In this document: piece by piece, positions 56,070 through 64,000 of the stretch | How positions within the stretch are numbered: the first letter of the stretch is position 1 | How the letters are laid out: every line of letters begins with the position of its first letter | From: a virus | Lineage: Duplodnaviria; Caudoviricetes | DNA: 64,000 nt | Virus record (IMG/VR): IMGVR_UViG_3300013103_000006 | Span: 1-64,000 of that record | Reading direction: 5' to 3' (one strand) | Notes under the pieces: generated by a model | Databases searched by the model: none | What the model was told of the DNA's origin: nothing | What the model saw: the letters and a program-made list of their open reading frames with translations, nothing else | Translations under genes and position numbers: made by a program

Positions 56070-56447
56070 TCAAACTAGTAAAACTTTACCTGTACCTGGT
56101 AGAGAAGATGGAGCCTCTAATAGTATAGCCATGACTCGCCCAGTTCCATTGGTATCAAGCCATCCTTTGTTATACTTGAGGGTAGTTCCGACTGTATCAG
56201 AGCCAGAGCCTGATATTCTAGCTTTTACAATGTTGCCAGGACCCCATATCATTACCATGTCTCCGTCGGAAGCATCAGTAGCAGCAATACCAATACCGTT
56301 TGCTGAGGACGACGCTGGGACATAAACCTTCATGGAATCTACTGGAACTACAGCCTGACCTGCAGATATAGAGCCAGAAGCAGTGAAGGAATACATCCCA
56401 CCCTCTGGCTGAATCTCAATTGGCTGAGTTGGAGATGTAAATGCCAT
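56070..56447 (-). CDS. head decoration/cement protein (DUF2190-like)
   Basis: A.G.ISAGQAV, GIA..DA..GD.V, G.V..LLE. Confidence 0.6.
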   Translation of the reverse strand: MAFTSPTQPIEIQPEGGMYSFTASGSISAGQAVVPVDSMKVYVPASSSANGIGIAATDASDGDMVMIWGPGNIVKARISGSGSDTVGTTLKYNKGWLDTNGTGRVMAILLEAPSSLPGTGKVLLV

Positions 56448-56496
56448 ATTTTCTCATCACCTATATCTATAAGACATAAAGACCTTAAATTTCACA

Positions 56497-57195
56497 TTAT
56501 TCAATGAGTTTCACTTCGCCTCTAGAAATAATAACAGTTGGGGAATCGTCACTGTCATCTTCAGGGGTTTCGTCAGATTTCTCTATGATAGTTTTCTCCT
56601 CTCCGCTAGCAGTTTCTAAAGCCTTTAATCTCTCATCAAGAGCTTTAAGTACATCGTCTTTCGCTTTAGTGGCAACACTGAGCTCCTCAATGGTCTTAGA
56701 GGCATTAGATAATTCAGATATCTTCTCCCAAAGAGCATCGATTGCATTAACCACCATTTCTGGCCACTCAGCTTTTGCTGGATATGGATATTTTGTCGGG
56801 TAGGGATAGCTAGTTGGCATTGGATATGGATATGGGTAACCCGCTCTACGCACATTTGCTAGCATCTCAAGAACTGCATCCAGCTCCCCCTTTATCTTTT
56901 CATCCTTGACTTTTTTCTTAATCTTTTCTACCGCATTTGTTATCGCTCCTATCAAGCCCCCATTAGCCTTTTCTTCCTCCTCTGATTTCTTTTCTTCCTC
57001 CTCTTCTTCCTCCTCTTCCCCTGGCTCCTCGCATTTACTCTCTTCCTCTTTCTTCTCAACAAGAGTAGAAACTACCTTTTCAAGGGCTTCAAGTTTACGT
57101 TCGAGAGCTTCTAGTTTAAGTTCAACGGAATTATCTTCGTTGCTCTCTTCGATGGTTTCTACCTCTGTTGGCTCAACATCCTCATATTCTGTCAT
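56497..57195 (-). CDS. scaffolding protein
   Basis: Acidic coiled-coil between protease and capsid; YPYP repeats. Confidence 0.65.
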   Translation of the reverse strand: MTEYEDVEPTEVETIEESNEDNSVELKLEALERKLEALEKVVSTLVEKKEEESKCEEPGEEEEEEEEEKKSEEEEKANGGLIGAITNAVEKIKKKVKDEKIKGELDAVLEMLANVRRAGYPYPYPMPTSYPYPTKYPYPAKAEWPEMVVNAIDALWEKISELSNASKTIEELSVATKAKDDVLKALDERLKALETASGEEKTIIEKSDETPEDDSDDSPTVIISRGEVKLIE

Positions 57196-57201
57196 ATACC
57201 T

Positions 57202-58134
57202 CTATGCTATGTCTTCACATTTATTACATTTAGACAAGATTATAAAACCTGATTTTGGATTAACAGGAAGTTTACAAACAGATACCTCAAATATATTTAA
57301 CTTATCTATTACATTATGGCAAACTTTCCCATCGCAAACATATTTAGAAGATAACACTTCAGCTGCTATTGAAAAGCCATTATATTCACCTGATAAAATC
57401 TTTTCCCACACCTCATTAGCAATCTTCAAATCACTTCTTATTTCTGCAACTATGAACAATCCTTTATCGTCGACGTGAGTTGTGAATCCGTTATATTCAG
57501 GCAATATCTTTCCTATTTGGATATTCCTATGAACCACCATTAGGTTAGCATAAGATGGATCAGATAATAACGTTTGAATTCCCTCTTTAAGAGCCTCTAG
57601 AGTAATCAAATCATTCGATTTATCAGGAATAGCCACATTAGCATAACCTGCTATTATTCTCTTGCCTCCTTCTTTTTCAGCTTTACTTACTATCTTGAGA
57701 TTGCCATACATTTTGAATGGATGGGACATCTGAATTGTTTTAGGTGGGTTTATTCGTTCAACTTTAAGAGCATACAGAGGAATATAAGAGGTATAAGGTT
57801 TGGTGGATTTGTAGTGTAATTGAAGATATAAAGGAGTATCGTCATATGGTATGCCAAATTCCCCAGCCATTTGTCTGAATAATCTAAAGTCAATCGCCTC
57901 CCTAATTTCTGGAGGTAAACTAGCTCCTTCAATGACTAAATCTATATCATTACCCTCTCCATGAACGACAGTAGAACCAACTAGAGATATAAACGGTTTC
58001 ATGATATAAAAGTCTTTAAATTTAGATAATATGTCATCAAGCTTAAATCTCTTGCCTGTCAATCTACCAGATGGTGGGACTTGAGCAAGTTCTCCTTTTC
58101 TAGTGAGCTTAATTATTTCAGGTAAGTCCATCAT
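57202..58134 (-). CDS. Pol-beta-type nucleotidyltransferase fused to HK97-type prohead protease
   Basis: N-terminal LVGS-x8-DID (G53 S54 D63 D65); C-terminal IAGYA..D...D.I, MVVH..IGK, GFSI, EVSV...P.NP. Confidence 0.8.
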   Translation of the reverse strand: MMDLPEIIKLTRKGELAQVPPSGRLTGKRFKLDDILSKFKDFYIMKPFISLVGSTVVHGEGNDIDLVIEGASLPPEIREAIDFRLFRQMAGEFGIPYDDTPLYLQLHYKSTKPYTSYIPLYALKVERINPPKTIQMSHPFKMYGNLKIVSKAEKEGGKRIIAGYANVAIPDKSNDLITLEALKEGIQTLLSDPSYANLMVVHRNIQIGKILPEYNGFTTHVDDKGLFIVAEIRSDLKIANEVWEKILSGEYNGFSIAAEVLSSKYVCDGKVCHNVIDKLNIFEVSVCKLPVNPKSGFIILSKCNKCEDIA

Positions 58135-58370
58135 GCTATCATCAGGAAATACTTTACTAAGAGGAATACAAGACCAAACAAGACAGCTCCAACAAACCAG
58201 AATAACAGTTTGAATTTACCATCAAGATAAGCCAGTTCCCTTGATAATTCAGTTGTGATTGATTCTAGTCGCTCTATACGCTTTAATAGCTCGTCATCAT
58301 TTTTATTTAGACTCTTCAGTGTGGAGATAATCTCCCCAAGCATTAGTCTCAGGTCTTCCATAAGTATCAA
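58131..58370 (-). CDS. coiled-coil plus C-terminal TM protein
   Basis: LLFWFVGAVLFGLVFLLV C-terminal anchor. Confidence 0.6.
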   Translation of the reverse strand: MILMEDLRLMLGEIISTLKSLNKNDDELLKRIERLESITTELSRELAYLDGKFKLLFWFVGAVLFGLVFLLVKYFLMIA

Positions 58371-58453
58371 CGACCAAATATCTTCTCAAATATTTCCTCT
58401 ATTAGTTTAATCTGTCTATCAACGCCATTCATAAAACTGAAGGTATATTAACA

Positions 58454-60667
58454 TTAACATTTCAGAGATTGCTTGAATTTCTTAATAGATTCTGCTCTAT
58501 AAGCTTCTCTACCAAATTTCTCAAGCTTCCCAGCAGGAATTGGCCAATAGTGTCCTGTATCAGCATGCATAATAGAATCCATTGGATAAGGGTCATCTAT
58601 TGCTTTCCAAACCCACCATCTTTTATCCTTTCCAGCCTTGAATGCTCTGATTATGAACCTGCCATTAAACAGCTCTTTGTTTTTATTAGGAAGTGATTCT
58701 GATGGATAAGAGAAGTATTCATGGTTGTCCTCACGCTGAACTCCAGCTTTAACAGAGCCAAGCCATATAGCACACATGTATGCCCATTTATATGGTGTAG
58801 AGTTTTTAACTAAATGATTTAAGACTACAAAATTATGATCATCGGCAACAGCGATATCGTAGATATGAATTGAACCTCCATGTTCTTTCTCTGTTCTTAG
58901 AACAGGAATATAGTAGTATCTATCATCCTCATCTACTAATCTAGGCTTCTTCTCTCGTTTAAGTGGCCAGCTTATATTATATATTTTATATCGAGAGTCC
59001 TTCATATAGCTTTTTATAGACGGCAACTCGCCTAATGTAAGTAGAAGCAAGAAGATTTGACCAGCGAGTCTTCTAGATTCTGTAGCATACTGAATTCTCC
59101 TATGATTTACATAGCCATCACTTTGGATGAGACCATCTAGGAGCTTACATTTCAAAGCATCAGGAAGATAGTAAATCCATTGAGGAAGAATCTTATGCTT
59201 TCTACCTCCGTAGTGAACATAACAATTATTACAAAGCCAATGAGCAAGACCACGATCTATAAATCTTAGCGATATATAATTTCCGTTCGGATTAACTATC
59301 CTTGTAACATGAGAAATTCCGAATATTGATTTCACCAAAAATTCAAGGCAATCTGCTTCATCTTCGTTAGCACAGTCAAGAGATATCTGACCTTTGTCGT
59401 GGTTTAATACCGACCCGTCGCCAGCAAAGAAACCTAAGAAGAACATGAAATCTTCCTCGACAGCTATTTTCTTCTCGTATCCTGGCTCGATAGTGAGTAT
59501 AATCTCCCTTGGGTATTCTTTCTCTTCTAGGTGAGGCTTAGGCAATAACAATTTATCGTTTTGGGTTATTGTTTCTGATTCTTTCAAACCATCTTTAGTA
59601 TAAATATTGTGATGATAATATATAGTTTTGAAGCCAAACATAGGTGTTAGAGAAAATCGGTTATGAACAATTCCTCTATCCCAGATTTTTAGGATTGGTC
59701 GGAATCTACCGCATCCAGTATAAACTAAATCTCCTTCTTTGAGCTCATCGACAAATTTATAGCCTTCAGGAGTCAACACTAAATCATGAGCAGCGACACA
59801 TCCAACCTCTCCAGGAGGAATCATATAAGACTTATCAAATAAGACATATTGCTTGATTAATTTAGCATCTTCTCTTGTAAGTATTGGTTCTTTCTTCTCA
59901 GCTTTAACCACACGTTCTGGCTCTTCTCCGCTGGGCTTGACTATAGCGAGCCCTTTACTCACATTACCTGTTTTCTCGTCTGTTCTTCCAATAATAGTAT
60001 CAAAGTAATCTTTGACGTGATCCTGAGTAATCACCCATTGAACGAATGCGTTTTTAAATTTAAGCCTCCAGTCCAAATGTATGCTATGACCATCTACTAA
60101 ATCCTCAAATGATATCTTGCCTAATTTATATTTTTTGACATCATCTGGTTCTAGTCCTCTTATATGCATCTGAGCCCAAGCTCTATCTGCTTCATCATAG
60201 TTGACATAACATATCTTTGGAAGAGGTTTCATCTCTTGTCTGAGTTCCTTATAGATATCTTCTGGAATTCTGTGTTTCTCAACCCAAGAGCAAACATCTT
60301 CTTTTGTGATAGCTTTCTTTAGATGTCGTTTCCATGTATTTGGGAATTCAGTAGAATGATATAACTCTGTTTCATCATAGATAGTAAGTGGCTGGAGATT
60401 ATTAATTGAATTCTGAAGTTTTACGGTGCCATCATCATGCTCAACCAAATATAACTCTTTACTCAGTGCATTTGTGAGCGTCTTTGCTTTTGTTTCTAGT
60501 TCGTTGATTCGCTCTTTATAGGAAAGAATCTCATTCTTAAATTCTTCTTCGGTTTTCTTTAGCTCATTCTCTTTAGACTTAAGAGCTGACTCTAATTCTT
60601 TGATTTTATTTTCAAGTTCAGCTTTACGCTTATTATATTCAGTAAGTAATTCAGTCTTTAAATCCAT
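58454..60667 (-). CDS. coiled-coil plus LigD-type 3'-phosphoesterase domain protein, intein-containing
   Basis: AQMH, HLDWRL, LA, IPPGEVG/S, IW.G, NGRFIIR, WWVWK match the LigD PE motif series. Confidence 0.65.
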   Translation of the reverse strand: MDLKTELLTEYNKRKAELENKIKELESALKSKENELKKTEEEFKNEILSYKERINELETKAKTLTNALSKELYLVEHDDGTVKLQNSINNLQPLTIYDETELYHSTEFPNTWKRHLKKAITKEDVCSWVEKHRIPEDIYKELRQEMKPLPKICYVNYDEADRAWAQMHIRGLEPDDVKKYKLGKISFEDLVDGHSIHLDWRLKFKNAFVQWVITQDHVKDYFDTIIGRTDEKTGNVSKGLAIVKPSGEEPERVVKAEKKEPILTREDAKLIKQYVLFDKSYMIPPGEVGCVAAHDLVLTPEGYKFVDELKEGDLVYTGCGRFRPILKIWDRGIVHNRFSLTPMFGFKTIYYHHNIYTKDGLKESETITQNDKLLLPKPHLEEKEYPREIILTIEPGYEKKIAVEEDFMFFLGFFAGDGSVLNHDKGQISLDCANEDEADCLEFLVKSIFGISHVTRIVNPNGNYISLRFIDRGLAHWLCNNCYVHYGGRKHKILPQWIYYLPDALKCKLLDGLIQSDGYVNHRRIQYATESRRLAGQIFLLLLTLGELPSIKSYMKDSRYKIYNISWPLKREKKPRLVDEDDRYYYIPVLRTEKEHGGSIHIYDIAVADDHNFVVLNHLVKNSTPYKWAYMCAIWLGSVKAGVQREDNHEYFSYPSESLPNKNKELFNGRFIIRAFKAGKDKRWWVWKAIDDPYPMDSIMHADTGHYWPIPAGKLEKFGREAYRAESIKKFKQSLKC
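58802..59800 (-). mobile_element. intein with LAGLIDADG homing endonuclease (333 aa)
   Basis: Starts CVAAHDLVLTPEG, ends HLVKN, +1 Ser; FLGFFAGDGS and LLDGLIQSDG. Confidence 0.9.
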
Positions 60668-63600
60668 TTGTTAATTCCTCAAGCTTCTCATCAGGCAGCA
60701 TCTTAACACACAGCTTAATTACATCATCAAGTTTATCATTAATAGTTGAATCATTAGATGCTAATTTTATACGCTCTAAATCTGTTATGATAGCTGACAA
60801 TGACCTCTCTATATGCTTTATGTCGTCGTGAATATTATTCTCATTAATTGAATTCTTCAAGTCAGTGACAGCAAGCCTAATCATTTCTTTCAGATTATTA
60901 ACTTCACTATTAATATGCTTCTTTCTTTCGAATGTTGATTCTTCAATCAATGAGCTAAGTTTCTCATCTAATTCAGACATCTGCTTTTGTAACTTCTTAA
61001 TCCACTGAAGGAATGTGGATGTTCCGACCCCTCCACCACCACCAGTTTGCCAAGAGCCAGAGCCGTGTTTAGTCGTTAGGTAATTGTCTATCTCCTCTGG
61101 AGTGGTACCAGACCAACTTCCACTTCCGTGAGTAGAAGATAATTGAGCGTCTATATCTTGAGCTGGCTGGCCCGAAAGAGAAGTAAGAGTTCGGGAAGAA
61201 TAATTCCAAATATCAGAAGGCGTGCTACCTGTCCAAGCACCTGAACCATGACTAAGTGATAGCTTATCATCAATATCTTGAGCTGGTTGACCAGCAAGAG
61301 ATGTGAGCGTTCTGTTTGAATAACTCCAAACATCAGCAGGAGAAGTGCCTTCCCAACTGCCTGAACCGTGAGTAGAGGAAAGTTTATCATCAATGTCCTG
61401 TGCTGGTTGGCCTGATAGTGAGGTTAATGTTCTAGTTGCATAAGACCAGACATCGGCCGGGCTTGTGCCTTCCCAGCCACCGTTTCCATGTGTTCCGCTT
61501 AACTGTGTGTCCACCTGGCTTGGAATGTTTGCAACCTCCGAGTGTGTTGAATACCAGTCGTCTTCATTTAAAACATTCACAATAACAGAGTCCTTGGTGA
61601 CATAGTTTTCAACATAACACTCAATTATGTAAAGCCCAGATTCTGTAGGCGTCCAGTCATAGTAATAATATCTTGTGCTACCGATTTTCGTCATGTCCGC
61701 TCCCGTCACTACGGATGTCCCATCCTGCTTGTATATGTTTATCCTAACCGTGTGCGGATTCTCCGCCTCCATCGAGTATATTATCCTCTCCGTTGCGTTC
61801 ACTTTGATATGCTTGTATCTCGGCGTCACTATTCCCGTGTGCTCAGTCAGTAGCCTTCCTATTGTCGAAGTCTCGGACAGGGCCGTGATTGCCTGACTCC
61901 AGATTTCGAGTGAAGTTATGACTGGGAACACAGCAGGTGGGTTCGCGGGTTGCCCATTTATCCAAACCTCGTGACTCCTGTAGTCTACGCTCTCTGGCCA
62001 CGAGTAACTGTCATCATCGATGTAGACATAGGGATTCGTCCCGTCCGATTTCACCTTGATGTGAATCGTAGCGTTCCCGTCCGATGTCGGAGTCCCTACC
62101 ACTATGAAGGGTATCCATTGGTCGGCGTAGGAACTTCCAGGATGCGTCCACTTGGCGGTAGGTTCTGAAGTGTAGTCGATTCCCAAACCCGAAAGGTAAA
62201 TTTCAGGAGCGGAGACATCTGTTCCAGCGAAATAGTTTGAACTCACATAAATGTATCCCAGATAATACACGGGCTTGTTGGTCTTGCAACCAGTCAGAGT
62301 AATCGTGTAGGAATCGAAGTCCTCGCCAGAGACCTGTGGCTCCAATCGTAAGGCATAGTTATACCCTCCTGCGGAACGGTAAGTGGCGTCGTCCGCTCCG
62401 GTATAGTTTCCAGTCCTATGAACTGCTCCATACTTGTAAATGATCCAGTCGTTATTTTCAATTCCATTTCTCTTTGTAAATCTTATCCTTGTTGCATCCA
62501 ACCAGTCTTCTCTATAAACAGTATACACTTCAGTGGTTATGTTTGTATACACTATATTGTGATACCAGTCTGTGCAACCATCGTCTATGTCAATCTGGAA
62601 AAGAGTAAAAGCGTTTTCAATCGTGATATCATGGATGTAATTGTTCTGCGAAATTATATCACCAGCATAGTAGAAGCAACCTTGAAGTGTCTGAGTGGTT
62701 GCTGAACTGTTGCTGTCATAGTAAATGTTTTTCATCTCTACATTGTAAATCTCGTTGTCACTGCTTCCAGAAAGAAAAATACCATACCTTGTATTGAAGA
62801 TTGTCCCGTTGTACGCTATGTTTTTGGATGAAAGATAGAAGTAAAGCCCAAACTGTCCCTGTATCCAGAAGTCAGAGAGTGTGTTCTCGTTTGACTGGGA
62901 AAACTGAACTGTATAGTACTCGACAATTCCAACAACTTCAGTGATTGTAAATCCTTTGCTTTTGTAAAGAATGTAACTGCCTTCTCCCCAACTCCAGGAG
63001 GAAGTTTTACTGTCACAAATTGCAACTTTTTCCAGATGTCCGTTTCTTCTACTTCTTATATAAAAATACTTACAATTATCCACCAATACTCCCTTCAAAA
63101 TGTCTGTATGTGGGTATTCTGAAATGGGGATTTTTGGATTAAACCCTTCAAAGTAGGCAGGATAACGCATATAAGAATATCTAACCCAATACGCTCTCCA
63201 CCATCTCATGTAATAAATGTATGTATCTGCACGAGAATCTGTAGAAGAAATTTCATCACCATGAATTAAAACATTTCTCCGTACCAACAGAACCCTACCA
63301 CCAGCATCCCTCGGGTAAGATAAATTAGATGTAAGAGTGATCGTCGTTTCATCATTTCCCGCATCGTAAGACAAAGCAGAAATTTCATAATATTTATGAT
63401 CCCGGGAATAATCATTGTAATGTCTCGTCGCAGAATACTTTGCTCCTCCAATTCTTATCCTGTCTCCAACTTTCCACTCAGCTGTAACATCTCCTTCCAC
63501 AACAATTTGATTGCTACCAGCAGACGCATCGTACTTCAAAACAGCATACCATTTCTCAATGGGAGATCCGTAATGCTCAATTTTCATCCAAGAGGAACGG

Positions 63601-64000
63601 TAAGCATATATCCCCGCTCTTCTGCTCGTCCCTTCGCAATTGAAAAACCAGTTGACAGTTTTATCAGCTGGAATTGGATTTTCTTCACTATCGCCAATCT
63701 GCCAAGCAACTCTGTCCCCACCAGATACATACATTCTCCCTTTTATTTCAACTGTAATATCAGAAGTTATGCTTGAGGGAACATACAATCTCCCTATTGA
63801 AGTTATCCACAAACTCCCTTTGTTGTTGTAACTATCTAGCCTATCTTTTGAAGGTGAAGTAGGTATGGTCACGTAACCAACAGTCCAGTCCTGATCTATC
63901 ACCAGCTCGTCAGTAATAACAAAAATGTCTGATGATGTCGGAGTACCAGTTGTGTCTGAGTAAATTATTCTGAAAGCATAGTTACTGACATCTGATTGCC
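60651..64000 (-). CDS. very large beta-helix adhesin/fibre-like protein, 5'-truncated by the window edge
   Basis: Frame is open upstream of GTG 63902 to base 64000; beta-helix-like repeats, 40-aa tandem repeats, C-terminal coiled-coil. Confidence 0.7.
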   Translation of the reverse strand, partial: QSDVSNYAFRIIYSDTTGTPTSSDIFVITDELVIDQDWTVGYVTIPTSPSKDRLDSYNNKGSLWITSIGRLYVPSSITSDITVEIKGRMYVSGGDRVAWQIGDSEENPIPADKTVNWFFNCEGTSRRAGIYAYRSSWMKIEHYGSPIEKWYAVLKYDASAGSNQIVVEGDVTAEWKVGDRIRIGGAKYSATRHYNDYSRDHKYYEISALSYDAGNDETTITLTSNLSYPRDAGGRVLLVRRNVLIHGDEISSTDSRADTYIYYMRWWRAYWVRYSYMRYPAYFEGFNPKIPISEYPHTDILKGVLVDNCKYFYIRSRRNGHLEKVAICDSKTSSWSWGEGSYILYKSKGFTITEVVGIVEYYTVQFSQSNENTLSDFWIQGQFGLYFYLSSKNIAYNGTIFNTRYGIFLSGSSDNEIYNVEMKNIYYDSNSSATTQTLQGCFYYAGDIISQNNYIHDITIENAFTLFQIDIDDGCTDWYHNIVYTNITTEVYTVYREDWLDATRIRFTKRNGIENNDWIIYKYGAVHRTGNYTGADDATYRSAGGYNYALRLEPQVSGEDFDSYTITLTGCKTNKPVYYLGYIYVSSNYFAGTDVSAPEIYLSGLGIDYTSEPTAKWTHPGSSYADQWIPFIVVGTPTSDGNATIHIKVKSDGTNPYVYIDDDSYSWPESVDYRSHEVWINGQPANPPAVFPVITSLEIWSQAITALSETSTIGRLLTEHTGIVTPRYKHIKVNATERIIYSMEAENPHTVRINIYKQDGTSVVTGADMTKIGSTRYYYYDWTPTESGLYIIECYVENYVTKDSVIVNVLNEDDWYSTHSEVANIPSQVDTQLSGTHGNGGWEGTSPADVWSYATRTLTSLSGQPAQDIDDKLSSTHGSGSWEGTSPADVWSYSNRTLTSLAGQPAQDIDDKLSLSHGSGAWTGSTPSDIWNYSSRTLTSLSGQPAQDIDAQLSSTHGSGSWSGTTPEEIDNYLTTKHGSGSWQTGGGGGVGTSTFLQWIKKLQKQMSELDEKLSSLIEESTFERKKHINSEVNNLKEMIRLAVTDLKNSINENNIHDDIKHIERSLSAIITDLERIKLASNDSTINDKLDDVIKLCVKMLPDEKLEELTNGFKD
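61050..61517 (-). repeat. 120-nt (40-aa) tandem repeat, about 3.5 copies
   Basis: QDIDDKLSSTHGSGSWEGTSPADVWSYSNRTLTSLAGQPA unit; period seen at 61153/61273/61393. Confidence 0.9.

Noticed and set aside
56504-57478. Plus-strand Ser-rich ORFs over the scaffold and tape measure genes
   Set aside because: Reverse-complement artefacts of Glu/Lys-rich coding sequence.

Overview
This 64-kb window (about 34% GC) is most of the genome of a tailed dsDNA virus (Caudoviricetes, siphovirus-like: no tail sheath seen), very probably infecting an archaeon. Evidence for an archaeal host: a TFB-like cyclin repeat, a RadA-type recombinase, an XPF/Hef nuclease, a PriS-PriL-type primase, BRE/TATA promoters and GGAGGTGA-type RBSs. 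Two arms converge at about 37.8 kb. The + strand arm (0.5-37.8 kb) carries early/host-takeover genes, a MoxR-vWA pair, a replication/recombination block (SSB-like, DHH, RadA, XPF, C5-MTase, exonuclease, primase, PolB), class II RNR, dUTPase and a large glycosyl/methyl/sulfo-transferase set. The - strand arm (37.8-64 kb) carries the virion genes (tail tip, tape measure, chaperone with a +1 frameshift, two tail tubes, neck, HK97 capsid, scaffold, protease). Terminase and portal are not in the window, and the last gene runs off the right edge. Two LAGLIDADG inteins are present. Strongest leads: (1) the head module encodes a Pol-beta nucleotidyltransferase fused to the prohead protease, next to a coiled-coil/LigD-type 3'-phosphoesterase, possibly a virion-delivered end-repair kit; (2) seven near-consecutive early proteins share an in-register 14-residue C-terminal tag; (3) four dispersed 56-57 bp palindromic elements share a fixed internal motif; (4) a structured ncRNA candidate lies at the left end; (5) the C5-methyltransferase gene is dual-coding. 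All protein assignments come from motif recognition by eye; no database search was run.
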